From: Neoechinorhynchus agilis
Taxonomy: Eukaryota > Animalia > Acanthocephala
Direction of reading: 5' to 3'
NCBI GenBank assembly: GCA_051530055.1
Contig: CM121341.1
Location: forward strand, 9,898,784 to 9,962,783
DNA: 64,000 nucleotides
Under the pieces are notes generated by a model. It searched no databases. It was not told the origin of the DNA and saw only the letters and a list, made by a program, of their open reading frames with translations. The position numbers were made by a program, and so were the translations under genes. Shown in pieces: positions 23,521 through 36,940 of the stretch. The stretch's first letter is position 1, and each line of letters begins with the position of its first letter.

Positions 23521-24835
23521 AGCCAGGAAGTTGTTGTGCCATCCGATGTATGCGGCGATTGCTGTAGTAATTCTTCGACCCTTGATGAGTGTGATCTTGA
23601 GATCTCGTCCTTTTTGAGAGCATTTATGTTGAACCTACTTTTTCTAGGGTTCGAATGCCTTGGTCGCTTTGCTTTAAGGAGAGGAATAAACCGGGCGATG
23701 ATCGGTCCAACAATGGTCAGCTCCGCGCAGAAGCCTCGTGACAAGGAAATCTGATCGATGATTTTGTCGGATTATGGTGTATTGATGAGATGCCAGTCCA
23801 AGTCGTCTTGTTACGGTTCTTTAGTCGAAAGAGAGTATTGGTGATCACAAGCTCGAACTCAGTGCACATGCCTAGAAGTAGTTGTCCGTTGTGGTTGACA
23901 TTTCCAACACTTTCCTTTCGGGTTATGTTTTTCCAGAGCTTATGATCTCGACCAACGCGAGTATTAAAATCTCCAAGGATTATCAGTTTATCTGTTCGCG
24001 GAACGGCAGATATAACCGATCTAAGTATCTCATTGAAGGTGGCTTTATGGTTATCGGATGAGGTGGTTGTAGTTTTGGAGAGGGATGCGGATGGATGTTA
24101 TCCTTTCATTTATATGAGTTGGCTGTAGATTGTACCTTGAAACAAGCGAGGTTTTGACCGCCAGACCAACGCCATGAATTTGGGGTTCTGATGCGGCCTT
24201 TGCTTTCCAAAAGTAAGTGTATCCGCTTCCAATTTCGGAGAGCTGTCATCTTGTCGTCCTGCTTCGCTTAGTGCCGCTGCATCAATATTGTATCTCGCTA
24301 ACTCCTTCGCAATAAGTGCTCAGATCTTTCGTTTACGACCACAATGGGGGCGAAGTCCGCCAGGTGCACTTTCCTAGTCGAATAGTTGTTGGCATCAACT
24401 TTTTTAGCCCACCTTTTCTAGGACCTTCTCCAGTTTGGAGAGAGCAGTGCTACGGCCACAAAAACCCTGCTCGACGTATCCGCAGCTGCCGAGGTTTGAT
24501 GTTCCGCTGATGTGGAAGTTCCTGACTAGAGGCTTCCAGAGATTCACCTTTTCCTACCTCCGTCACCAGTAGCTCCTCGCCACCAGACTTTAGAAGGGAG
24601 TAGTTCCCAAATGAATGAAGTCTTTAGCGTGAATGCTTAGAGTGGAGTTGGGGCGCCACCTCATCTTCCATTTCCTTGGCACAGAAGGAAAGGAGTGTTG
24701 CAGAACAGTCCTTTGTCAGGAATCTCATCGAAGATTTGCCCGACATGGGTAACCCTTCCAGCCGCAAGTGTTCCAGACGGCTTAACTCTCCCGATCATTA
24801 GAACACGCAAGCGCTGCCACCACGTCAAGGTGTCG
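23521..24835 (-). mobile_element. RTE-clade LINE 5' part: 5' leader and AP endonuclease
   Basis: Minus strand (with frameshifts) IAKELARYNIDAAALSE...SGYTYFW...HGVGLAVK and TRGFC..WTDHR. The leader starts CCTTGACGTGGTGGCAGCGCTTGCGTG, resembling RTE 5' UTRs as recalled. Confidence 0.8.
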
Positions 24836-24849
24836 GTTCAGAGCAGGGT

Positions 24850-25310
24850 CTAGAATGTAAGGCTCAATTATTTCACGTATTTATTCCCACAGAACAAGGA
24901 AACAATTTAATCGCCTATTAGATAATATTTATTAGAATGATGGATGAAGAATATTGCCACTCAGGAAATAACAGGTATAAATTTGGAAAACTGGGAAGCT
25001 ACCATGAACAACTTACTGCTGAAATTGTTTCAAGCGTAATACCACGGATTGAAATTTCCGTCTTTTAATTTATATATCTCGCCTGAATTAGAAAATATTG
25101 AATTCGAGTTAGGTTTTGAAGTTAAATCAATTGTTAGGTTTCTAAAATCTTCAAATTTAACTGAAACTGAAGTCGTGGCTTTTGCAGGATGTTTTCGTCA
25201 TTAGGGTCATCAATTACTCTGGAGATTTAAAGAACTTCTGTGGGTATGTAACTGAGAAGAAAGATATTGATCAAAATGTTATAGAAAAATTAGTTAGTGA
25301 TATGACATTT
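24850..25310 (+). other. Endogenous rhabdo/mononega-like virus L-protein fragment 1
   Basis: Across frameshifts: DEEYCHSGNNRYKFGKL/WEATMNNLL...FPSF...AGCFRH*GHQ (25193-25213) and YVTEKKDIDQNVIEKLVSD (25245-25301). Matches the vesiculovirus L pattern GN.SY...K..E.I.N, FRHWGHP and VT.KKDID...LASD. Confidence 0.8.
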
Positions 25311-25705
25311 AAGCTCATTGAAAAACGGAACATTTAATTGTGTTTGAATTAAGTGGCTGAATGCCGGAAACTACAAGTTGGCAGTTGTCTTAGCATTAAC
25401 TTCCAAACCAGCTTATCGGAATATAACAAATATGCTTCCTTGGAAACTGGTTTTATACAAAATTCACGGACAATCAAGATAATGTTATGGTATAAATTGA
25501 CAAAAAAGTTGTTCAAAAAATTACAAAGAGAAGAATTGGATTTGACATTGCTCTTGCTCCTGTTCGCTGCCGCATCACCAAGTGGAGCGGCACGCCGACC
25601 CCGCGTTGACAGGCTACTATCAGTAGCTGTCTGGCCGCCGGAGCTGCTTCTTTTACGTGGCCGACAAGAATCAGTAACATCAAGTCCGATCATCGTGGCA
25701 GCATT

Positions 25706-26767
25706 TTGAGACGCCGAATTCAGCCAATCCTCGAACCGTTTCTAAGAATTGAACAGAACGGCTTCAGGAAAGGTCGAGGCACCACAGAGCACATATTGGC
25801 TTTGAGGAGGATCCTCGAAGAGGCACGAATTCTTCAAACGGACGTGACGCTGGTATTTGTTGATTTCCGTCGTGCTTTCCATTCGGTAAATCGAACGATG
25901 ATTGGCGGTATCTTAAAGGAGTATGGAGTGCCGCCGATCATTGTCACATCCGTTATGGCATTATATAAAAACACAAGGTCCGCCGTAAAGATAGCTGGCG
26001 GTTTGACAGAATACTTTTCCACCACTTCAGGTGTTCTGCAGGGCGACACATTGGCTCCTTTCCTCTTCATCTTGGTGCTTGATTGGGTAATGAGATGGAC
26101 ACTACCGAATGATGAAGATGGATTTCTTCTTGGTCTGACCATCAACTCGAAAAAGACGGAATTCTTGACGATTCCGCATGTCGCGCATACAGTCTCTGGC
26201 GAAGGGCCGAATGGCGTTGAGCAATTAAAACAGATAGAGCGGTATGTCTATCTGGGAGCTGTCGTTCCTGAGGTGAGTGCGGATGTCAGCCGACGGAGAG
26301 CTATAGCTTGGAGAGCAATGGGGCAACTTAAACCACTGTTTGACAGTGAGTCTTTGCCAGATGAACTCCGTTCGCAGCTGTTCAGGAGTCTAATTGAGAG
26401 CATTCTCTACTTCAATGCAGAGACCTGGACACTGTCACTAACGGCGACGAGGCAGTTCGACCAAAATCATTCATCTCTCTTACGCACGACGTTCAAGGTC
26501 AGATGGTCAGATAAAGTGACCAACAAAGCACTGTATAAGAGAGCCGGAGCCCAACCGCCCCGTGAATATTTGCGCCGCAGACGACTGCAGTTCACGGGCA
26601 ATATAATTCGGTCCGAGGCATCTTGCCCACAGGTCGTGCAACAGTTCCTTTTCTGGAAGCCATCGACATTGTATCGTAAAGGCAAAGAGAACTGTCGTAC
26701 ATACGACGTAGGAAAGTACCGTTGCAAGTCAGTACTCACAAGGGATTTCGACAACTGCGTTCGATAA
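25706..26767 (+). mobile_element. Non-LTR (RTE-like) RT with deletion of motif C
   Basis: EQNGFRKGRGT, FVDFRRAFHSV, GVLQGDTLAPFLF, then a direct jump to GLTINSKKTE and YVYLG; no YADD. Confidence 0.88.
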
Positions 26768-26823
26768 ACCCTGTCAGAAGTCCTTAACCTACGACTATCC
26801 GGTCAGAGCGGTGACATCTTTGG

Positions 26824-27490
26824 TTGTTGCACCTCTTCAATCGCGCAGGAATGTTGACTTCATTGCGAGCGAAAAACTATTGTGCGAGTGGGGGGCACAT
26901 TGAATGTGGGGAAGATGACGGCAAGTTAATGGAAGTAGTGAGCATGATGGTAAGGAGACGAATTTTAATTCTATGTTTGCAGAAACTACGATGGAAAGGA
27001 TCGAAGGCGCGAGAATTAAGCGATGGCTACAAACTATACTATATTGGATCGAGCAATGGTAGAAACGGAGTGGGGATTATACTGGATCAGAAATACGTAG
27101 ATGATAATGGATCTTGGTGCTCAGAACTTGACGATAATCTCCTGCTAAGCTCCGCAGGTTGGCCGTCCTCAACAAGAGAAGGATGATTTCTGGAACGAGC
27201 TATACGAAGCTATACGAACTGTTAAGTACGATAGATTCATGGTATGTGGCGACTTCAATGGTCATGTTGGGCAGAACAATCAAGCTTGCAAAGATGTCCA
27301 CGGTGGACGAAGCATCGGAACACAAAATGAAAAAGGTCAACGAATCATCGAGTTCGTGCTTGCAAACAAGCTCAGGATCACGGACACCTTTTTCGATAAG
27401 GAAGATCAACATCTTGCAACATACGTTTCCGGAGGAAGGCGTACACAGATCGACTTTATTCTTTACCAGCGCGAGAAACGAAACAAACAC
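26824..27490 (+). mobile_element. RTE-clade AP endonuclease fragment
   Basis: LRWKGSKARELSDGYKLYYIGSSNGRNGVGIIL; APQVG..QQEKDDFW; VCGDFNGHVG; RRTQIDFIL. Confidence 0.88.
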
Positions 27491-28909
27491 TACGGAGGGA
27501 GACTCACCGAGTGTTGTATCGTCCAAATACCAAGCATTAAACTTGGACTTGAGCGAATGAGCGATCGGCCAGATGATATGGTCGTTAAAAACAAGAGGAG
27601 TCTCAGTCCCACAGGTGTTGAGGAAATACTGGTATGCGTCCGATGCGTAAGTTGCGACAGCTTCTAGGAGCACACTGCGATCAACACAGTTGAAGGCGTT
27701 TCGGAAGTCGCATTTGAGCACACCACAGGACTCTGAACTGCTTGTGACAAAAGAGCGAAGTGCGTGCACGACAGCTTCGGCTCCGCAAGGCGTACAGCAA
27801 CCCAGTTGTGATCCACTGCAAGCCGTTTGCAAAGAATCTTTGCTGCAAGACGCCGAAGTGTAGACCCTATAGCGATGGGACGAATCCCACCGTCTTTCTT
27901 TTTAAGGGCACAGAGTGAAGCGCCGAAAATCAATTGAATTGTGAAGGGAGGCAATTCGTCACCAACGAACAGATCAACGAGGCGGGAAAATCTATTCGAA
28001 AGGCTCAGAGCGGCTTCACCCACAGAAAAAGGACAACATATACTTGAGGTGTTGAGGCCTAAGCCCGTCGAGCCCATGACCGGATCCACTAGCAAAGGAG
28101 GATATCGCTGAATCGAGTTCCTTTACAGAGCAGGGAGACATCGAGGCAGGGGAATCTTGGTTCTTCCGATGATTTTGTTTGTTCAGGGTTTCGAGAGTTT
28201 CCTCGCTAACCTGGGTAAATACTTCCGAAGAGGAGAGGATGCGAACAGCTCCCGGATATCAACATCCGAAATTTTCGAGGAGGCGCGTTCCCCTCTGGAT
28301 CTAGCCGGAAACGTACCGTGTGTGGGGTGTTCTGTAGGTCCGTGATAGGCAGCTCGAATTGCGTCCGTAAAGAGTTGATCGAAGGAGGCGATTCTTTCTT
28401 TGACTGAACTGACCAACGACCCCTCAGAACTGTCACCAGCGCGAAGAGCCAGCCTGGGAAAAGCGAAGAGACGTGTTCATGCAATGTCAGACCCGTTTTC
28501 TAAGCAATCCCTTAGCAAAGCACTAAATGACTTCGTCATCTGATACCGAGCGCCCTTTGGGATCCGTTTCAGGATGTTACTGCGCAGAACGCGCAAGATA
28601 CCAGGGAATTTCGTGGGAATGACCTGAGGCGCTAGGACATTCCGAGGAGGTAGTGGGTTCGGGATGACAGATCTTGGGGGGCGGGAGGAACCAGAACAGC
28701 GCGATCTGAGGGGACCGTGTATCCGTACTCCGTACTAACAAGGATTTGTTAAGGCAAAAACAACCACCGCATTCCGAACAAAAACCTTTCGGAGAAGAGG
28801 TGGCCTGGAGGTTTGATAACTCGACCTGTTGTTGTAAAGCCGTTGCGTCATCATCATCATTCAACTCGACGTCGTCCGGTTGTCGTGTGATGGGCACAGG
28901 GTAATCCAA
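27491..28909 (-). mobile_element. CRE-type non-LTR element, N-terminal zinc finger and RT (motif B deleted)
   Basis: KGFCSECGGCF, GGIRPIAIGSTLRRLAAK, CGAEAVVH, KCDFRNAFN and WYLDD. HIIW joins directly to PIAHSL. Confidence 0.85.
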
Positions 28910-31900
28910 CTAAATTTATGACGTCACAGTCGGCACGGCAGAATCCGAGAGGTCAACGTTCGGCTGCATTGTGTAAAGAAAGACCTCAAAAAAGACCGGT
29001 CGAGACAACACAACGAATTCTCAGCTAGCTTATCGGTCGTTAATTCAAGAATGCTGTCGAGACCTATTGAGAAAGTTTCGCAGGAAATTACTATATATAT
29101 AACGCAGAAGTTCAGCCTTTTTGACACTAGAAGACAGGAAGACGCTGCAGGGTAGGAATAAAAAAATTTTGATCTTTTGTTGATTTGTCAAAATAACACG
29201 TTTTGGACGTGAAGAGCAGATACGAAATTGAATTGGCCTGAAATATGTCAATTTTACTACTTCGTCACGCTCACTCTTACGCCATGGAAAGAACTAACGA
29301 AAATGACAAACTTCCGTGGCAGAAATCTAAAGGGAAATTCCTGCGTATTCTTAGAATCACTGCTAAGAATGCACCGGCGGATTTCTACAAAAGATGTGCT
29401 AAGGAAGAAAAAACACTCGAAAATTTGCAGAAAATGGCTGAAGAATATTTACATTTTGCGACAGTGCTGAATGATCATTATGCGAAAGAGCCCTGCTCTC
29501 CCGAGGGAGTGCCGGGATGGACGCCGTTGATCATCCTCCACTTCGAGATGAAGGCGGAGGTTTTCGGACTTATGAGGTATTTGTGTTTTCACTGTTAACA
29601 CCCTCCCCCTATTCCCTGCTGAAATCCCTCCCCAGACCTCTCCTTCCCTCTGATTCGACTATCCAAGTTCCCATAACCAAACTTCCCATCAGAAAGGAGG
29701 ATTATATCCTTCGCATTCATAAAGAAAATATGGGCTCCAAATACAATATTTTGGAAAAATACAACAAACATACTCTCTCATCACACCAACGTAACCTTCC
29801 CACTTACCGTAACAAAAAAATTTCGACAACAAGTTCAGCTTTCTCTTTGCCTTTGTCGACAACAAGGGAAAATCCATATTCTCAGATATGCTTACAGATA
29901 TGAAAATAAAACATGATTATCTTTCCAGAAAAGTCTCCTTCTTGATGACCAACCCTCCTCTTGATCTCCCGATTGACGAACAAAAAATTACTGAGAGCGA
30001 TCTCAAAATCAAACTCATAAAATACCTATTCCGCAAAAACAGTAGCTCTCCATATGCCTTTCTTTGCCCCGCCCCAATTGATGTAGCTGATTGCTTATGT
30101 GGTTCCAAAAAAAGTGTGTTCTCGCATTTTGTATCCTTCACCAATTATAGGGATTCGATCTACGATTTCAATCTCGCTCCCACTGGGGTCATCAGCCTCA
30201 TGGATGCAAAATCACTCCTAGGTGTATTTTCTGCGCTGGAGACCACTGCGAGGATAAATGTCCGGACCCCAAACAAAAGTCAAATGCGCCAATTGCCATC
30301 TTCCTCATCCTTCTTTCGCCAGATCATGCCAAGCTGCTAAACAATTTTTGGCCCAATGCTCTTACTTGGCCAAGAAACCTCTAAAGGAAACCATCATCAA
30401 ATCTAGCTTTCCCGTTCCTGGGCCCATAAATATGAATTCTGGCGCACCCTCCTTTGCATCCCCCCAAAAAGTTCTCTCCCCAACCTCAAATTCGGAAGGT
30501 CCTTGCCGTTACTGCTCCCGTGGCCTTTTGAAGTCCCCCTCACATCGCTCCTCAAGTTCTGTTTTCCCTACTTCTAGCTCTAACTAAAAACCAGTATTTC
30601 CCTCAGAATCTGAAGCTACTCCAATTATTCCGATCCTCTTGCAGGATATGGAATCCATAAAAAAACACCCTTAGTTGTCTACTGGGCATCATGTCTGCTT
30701 ACGGCCTTTTAAAAGAAAGTCAAAGCAGCCCTTCCGACTCGGAGGAGATGATCATCGTCCCCTCCCCAAAAAAACCCTCTTTGTCATCTTTCGAGTTTCT
30801 TACTCATAAGAAAGGCAGGGTTAACTAAATAGAATGTTTAAGTTCGCTATAACTACACATAATTTATCGAGAGCTTTTTCTCTTCCCCCTCATATTCTAA
30901 ACCCAATTTCCGATTCGATTCCAGACATCCTCTTTTTTCAGGAATCTCTTCTGACTCCTACCTATCTTTTTTTCTTCCCCCCTCTAATCCAGGGGCGAAT
31001 AATCTCATTGGGTTCTCCGGAGGCTTGCAATCTTTTATTCTCAGGAAATGGCAACCCAAATTGCTTGTCCAGGAAAAAAAACAGTGATTTCACATTCCAA
31101 ATTATTTCTATTCTTAATCCTCTCTACTCCCATCTCCCTTTCTTGGACACTCATCTTATTATCATTAACGTTTACGTTGCTCCCCGTAAAATTCCTTCAT
31201 TCCTCAAATCCCAAGCCTACAAAGTTTTGAATTGGAATCCAGATATTATTGGGGGAGATCTCAATTCTAACTATCTGATAGCTTTCCGTGAAACCTTCAA
31301 ATTTCATAATTGTATGTTACCTAAGTTCTCCTCGTTTCACAGCTTCCATAAAAACGCTCACCTCATTCTTGGACGGATTTTTTATAAAAAAATCGCTTCC
31401 CTTCTCTCTATACCCGACCCTTCAATTACAGTCACAACAGTTTATGGGGCATGATTTTATTTTATTTCAACAAACGGATTCATCTTTAAAATCCCTTAAT
31501 GATTCCATTGCCCTCTCGCTTAATAGCAAGTCTCTAATTTCCCTCTCCGATTTTAACCACATAATTTTAACCTCGGCTGAATCCTGCTTGGTCAAAAAAT
31601 CCTTTGTACCAAGGGCTCAAAAATCCAAAAAGGCCAACCAATTTTATCGACAAGCTATAATAGCTAATCTTAGGAACCTACCTGACCTTCACCAAACTTT
31701 TATGAATCGATTTTATTATACTCTTCACTACGAGGACCCCCTTCTAAGCCTTTATGGAACATAATTTTTAACAAGAAATTTACTAGTTGGAAAGCTAAAG
31801 CTTCCAACTGGATCGGTTCGGTTTCTTATCCCGTGGTAATTTAAACCATTCTGAATGCCCACACTTTTAGTGCCTTTTCGGATCCCCCTATTCCCATTCT

Positions 31901-31997
31901 TCGACATAAGAAGTTTAATGTCATATATCATTGTCCTCGGGGTGAATTTGATTGTGCGTTGGCGAATCCTTTCCCCGGTGTTTTCGTTACTCATTTA

Positions 31998-32047
31998 TTT
32001 TAGAAATATTTCGCAAGGTTTTCCTTGCCTCTTCAGTCTATCTAAAA
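31998..32047 (-). ncRNA. Minimal hammerhead ribozyme in the inverted pseudo-LTR
   Basis: Reverse complement: ttttagataga-CTGAAGA-g-GCAAGG aaaa CCTTGC-GAAA-ta-T-T-tctaaaa (perfect 6-bp stem II). Confidence 0.8.
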
Positions 32048-33898
32048 TGGAGGGCATAGACAGCATGCACAGCCGGTCACGTCTGGATGTAGCTCAGATC
32101 TGCGGGTTTGCTAATACCCGAATTGTGGGGAGTTCCATCCGCACACACCTCTTGCGGTTTGTTGCCGACTAATTTGCCCGTCATGCTACGCAACTTTGGT
32201 AGCACCAGCGTGTGCCTGGACTCTGGCAAGTTCGTCAAACTCAGTTCCAATCCAACAGTAAAACGGGAGACACAACTAAATGCATTCTTGAGGACTCTAC
32301 GGAAAAATAACTCGATTACTGAGCACTTTCATCAACATACGAGGTCTTCTACAGCCAGGGCTTCCTTCTTGTATCTTTCCCCAAAAATACACAAACCAAC
32401 GATACAATACCGACCAATAATAGCCAGCTACAATGCCTTCAATCATCGTTTGGCCCGTAGAATCAATGCACTAATAAGAAGCGTAATGCCGAACACTCCG
32501 TCATACATAGCTGACGGCCCTTCCTTTGGAACCCGAATGCGACTGGAAAAGTATGCACAGTGCAAATTCTTCACGGCCGACGTAAAGTCCTTATTTACCA
32601 ACATTCCACTCCAAGAGACAATTTCCATAGCAGCTGAACTTCTACAAAATCAATGCGAAGAACCGCGCCTTGATCATAAAACGTAGATAGCTCTACTGCA
32701 GTGGTGCACATGCAAGACCGTTTTTGAATTCGATCAAGTTTTCTATGAACAACGCGACGGAGTTGCAATGGGTTCACCTCTGGTACCCACTCTAACAGGT
32801 CTCTACATGAGAAGATGGGAAAACAACTTCTTGAAAATGCAATCCAACATCAAAATCTGGTATCGCTATGTTGACGACGTGTTCATAGTCACTGATGATG
32901 AAACAAGCATGGGAGACCTAAGCATTCCACTCAACATGAAGGATTCAAACATCCAGTGGTCAATGACTCAGGAAGACGACGAGGGTGCTATCTCCTTTTT
33001 GGACGTAAGGATAAAACACGATGATAAAGGCAATATCAAAACACAGCTCTATCGCAAACCAGGTATAGCATGGGGTCCACCTCACTGGTCGAGCCACCAA
33101 CCGTTCCACTATAAAATAACAGCGGCAACGTCCTACTACTTCAAGAGGGCCAGGATGATTTCTTCAGAAAGCAGGGATTGGGAAGAAGAAAAACAAAATA
33201 TCACCAAAGTTCTCAGATAACGAGGCTTCCCTGAATATGCCATCAAAATCAGTCTGAAAAAGGCAAAACAGCGGCCACCGCAAGAAGAAGGAAACCGCGA
33301 GCATCTCCCTCGAATACACTGACTTTTACCACATAAGAGGGAACGCGACCGAAAAACTGAGGCGCCTCAACTACCTCGCTCCAAATCTTTTGATCTACAA
33401 CAAACGGGGCGCATCCATTGCGGGCATTCTCAAGAGGAAAACCAAGCAAGAGACCAAATTAGGGATATACAAAATCCCATGTGCAGAATGCCCAAAGGTC
33501 TACATTGGACAAACCATGCAAGGGATCATTAAACGGATTTCGCAGCATAAACAAGCTTGCAGGACATTCGACAAATCCTCAGCAATCTCGAACCACCAGC
33601 AAACAATCCAGCACAAGGTGGATTTTGAAAAGGCGAGATTCATAACCAGCGAACCGGATCTTAGAAGAAGACTGATTCTTGAGGCCATTCACATCCGGGG
33701 AAATCCGACGATAGAAGGCGATAAATCAAACCACACACTGGTGCTACCAAAGTTGCGTAGCATGACGGGCAAATTAGTCGGCAACAAACCGCAAGAGGTG
33801 TGTGCGGATCGAACGCCCCACACTTCGGGTATTAGCAAACCCGCGGATCTGAGCTACATCCAGACGTGACCGGCTGTGCATGCTGTCTATGTCCTCCA

Positions 33899-33947
33899 TT
33901 TTAGATAGACTGAAGAGGCAGGGAAACCTTGCGAAATATTTCTAAAA
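33899..33947 (+). ncRNA. Minimal hammerhead ribozyme in the 3' pseudo-LTR
   Basis: taga-CTGAAGA(33910-33916)-g-gcaggg aaa ccttgc-GAAA-ta-T-T-tcta; stem II has a G-U pair. Confidence 0.78.
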
Positions 33948-35691
33948 TAAATGAGTAACGAAAACACCGGGAAAGGATTCGCCAACGCACAATAAGAAGT
34001 TCAGATGGAAATTCCGTGCTGACGAACTTTTTAAAGCCTGGAGATCTAACCCCTCCAGAGCGAACAACAATTTTGGTGTTTCTCCTTCCATTTTCAGCAG
34101 TGTAGAGGAGGGTAATAAACTCCTCTTTTTCAACCACTTCAATGATAAAATTGAAGTGAAGGATCTGCTGAAAATTAATATACTTAAAAAGACTTTTATC
34201 CGCAAAAATAAAGTTAAAAAATCACTACTGCCTCTCACATACGCATTATATCTATTCAAAATCCGCTAATCTCAGTTTTTGAAAGAATCTTTAATGGTAA
34301 ATTATTGAATCACCTAATCAAGAAGAATGTTATTCCTAGTTATTTTCATGGTTTTATTCCGGCCAGAGGTGTTCATACCCTTCTTGAAAATCTCAATCAA
34401 CTAAACATTGACTTCATATATGTTAATAAATTTCTTCTTCAACTGGACCTGCCTAAGGCTTTCGATTGTGTTGATAGAAATTTTTTATATGAAGCCTTGA
34501 ATTTGTTTGAGCTTTCCTCTAATCTTATCTTCAAAATTAACCATATTATCGAAACCAAATCTTTTTACTATGATATAGACCCTGATCGTACAAAATATAT
34601 TCTTGCTGTGTTGAAATTCAATCTTGTTGTCATGACAACGCTTAGTTTAGGCTATATGTGTTTTCAAAGTTTAACAATGCACACGGTGTTCCACAGGGCT
34701 CACCTCTCCCCCACCCTTTTCCTCTGTATACTCATGTATATTTTTAAATCCAAACTGCCTAAGAGCAAGAGCATATTTCCTTTAATACATGCTGATGATA
34801 TTTTCCTCTTTTGCATACATAAGAGCCGCAGTTTTTTAATCTCCCACGTCTTATCATTCTTGACTCAGCTCCAATTCCACTTCAAAGCAGCTGACTTATC
34901 TATCAACCCCAGGAAAAATGTATTGACCCCTTTAAGCAAATCTTCTCATGCGAGATCGCTTCTAAAGAAAGATCTCAGATCTAATTTTACTTTCTCCCAA
35001 TTCGTTTTGTCGAGTAACGATAGAATTTTAGGCATCGACTTCCCTTCGTCTAAAAATCGAACATATGCTAATTCTTCTTTAATGGCTTTTTCTTTTCCAT
35101 TAGGCGTATTTTAAAAAGATCCTTGAAACTTGATCTATGTCACTCCTTCATCCCAAATATTATTTTACTTTCATACATAGGCGGAGCCATCTGTTTTTTT
35201 GCTCGAGGCCGTCCTACCGAACTAAGATTTTTCTTTTTTAATAAATTTATCGACAAATTTAAAAAATTACTCCGCCATTTTCCGTTTACAGAATATTTTT
35301 AACTAAGGCATGTTATTACTCCTCTTCCTTTCCCTTAACCAAGCTTTTATTTTTTAACAATCCGGTGCATTTCAGCTTTCAGAGGGTTTCAATATTCTAC
35401 TATAAAGTACTTTATCAATTCTATGTCTTATAAAGACAAAAAGAGCTGTTTGTATTAACTACGAGGCTAGTTTTCTTGTTTTTTGAAGGTAAGTAGGGGT
35501 ATTGAGGAGCTAAGAGTTCGCTCATTACTCAGCCCCCACTCGCTTCTTCGTTTTCTTTACCTTTAGATTTTACATTGATTATTAGAATCAACTCAATCTA
35601 AAGAAAACAACTCATAAACTTTTTTTGCTTTTTAATTTTTTTGCGGAAAATATATATTTTAAACAATTCAAACAATGTGTTTGAAGCACAC

Positions 35692-35814
35692 TCACCACCT
35701 CCCGCCAAATTCCAGCTTTTGTCCTTCCTCGATCGCCGCGATGACGCTGGCAGCATTGCCTCGTTGTTGCCAGCGAGATATTTTGTCGAAGGAATACGCC
35801 TGCTCTTGAGTCTC
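35692..35814 (-). mobile_element. CRE-type element 3' terminal fragment
   Basis: Encodes RQNISLA..NAASV.A.IEEGQKLEFGGRW, as at 3645 and 57019. Confidence 0.85.
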
Positions 35815-36229
35815 GTATGCGTGTATTAATAAATAAATAAATAAGATAGTGTCTGTGTGGTTAATGAACCCTGTTGTAAATCGGTGTGCAAGGATGAAAG
35901 ATCGCAACCGCAGGTCGCTGTTAATATTCTGTCGACCGCGACCGACTTAATGTACAAAAGCATCGAGGTTTTAGGTCAGACGGTGGGCAATCTCAGGGAT
36001 TTCTACCATGCGGAATCTAATCCCGTCCGCTTTTCTTCAACTTTTAATAAGTTCAAAATAAAGCGTCCACGATGCAATGACCTAAATGAACGTACATTCC
36101 TAAGCGAAAATTGGAATATCGACGTTTCCAATAATTTCGAGCAATATTACTTACATTGAAGCGCCCGACCTTGTTACGAATGATCTATTACTCGCTCCAA
36201 AATCGCTCGATTCATCGTCTAGTTTATGT

Positions 36230-36940
36230 TTGCAAAAGAATGACCCCATAAAGCACACAAAAGTTCATTTACGAGTCGATGCAGATACACAGTGTGTCCG
36301 ATTTCCGACGAGACGAATTCCGTTCGCACTAAACAAACCGTTAAAAGAAGAACTTGACCGTTTGGTCCAGCGTAGAATTATAGAGCCTGTAGAGAAGGAG
36401 GACAATGATGTCAGCTGAATCACGCCGATAGTCATTGTTCGGAAAAAAGACGGATCCGTGAGAATATGCGGGGATTTCAGGATCACGATTGATCCCCATT
36501 TAATTACCGACTCATATCAGATGCCGACTACGGATGAGCTTCTCAGCAAACTGACGGGAGGAAAAAAATACTCCGTTCTGGATTTGTCAGATGCATACCT
36601 GCAAGTTGAGCTCGATAAGGAAAGTAGCAAACTTTGCGTATTCTGCACACCATTTGGGCTATTCAGATACAGGCGTTTACCTTTTGGACTAACAAATGCC
36701 CCTCAGTTATTCCAGCAGATAGTGGATGAAATGTTGAGAGACGTTCCGAATGTTGGAGTGTATTTGGACGACATAATAATCACCGGAGGGGATGATAAGG
36801 AGCATATTTCGATTCTTCGAAGGGTATTAAGTATTCTGGAAGAGAAGGGTTTTAATTTAACGGAAGAGAAGTGCAAGTTCATGCAAACAAAAGTTACGTA
36901 TTTGGGGCATACGTTGGAGAATGGTTGGATAAGGCGTCCA
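36230..36940 (+). mobile_element. Ty3/Gypsy reverse transcriptase fragment
   Basis: RICGDFR, DLSDAYLQ, PFGLTNAPQLFQ, YLDDIII and YLGH; nonsense codon at ~36418. Confidence 0.92.

Larger units (their letters stand above)
31916..33991 (+). mobile_element. Penelope-like element with inverted 5' pseudo-LTR, RT and GIY-YIG endonuclease, several stops
   Basis: PKIHK..RPII, ADVKSLFTNIP, GVAMGSPL, RYVDD and GIYKIPCAECPKVYIGQT. Inverted repeats 31951-32214 / 33732-33993; 10-bp direct repeat ATAAGAAGTT at 31906 and 33992. Confidence 0.92.
29517..35500 (+). mobile_element. Degenerate APE-type LINE (ORF1 knuckles, endonuclease, RT) interrupted by a Penelope-like element
   Basis: CAGDH..KCP..KCANCHLPHPS (~30230-30330); FFQES, INVYVAP and GGDLNS (30834-31270); HGFIPARG, LDLPKAFD and HADD (34305-35114). 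Confidence 0.75.

Noticed and set aside
28924-29598. Possible spliced host gene fragment
   Set aside because: Plausible frames and a GT..AG pair exist, but there is an in-frame stop and no recognisable domain, so it cannot be supported.
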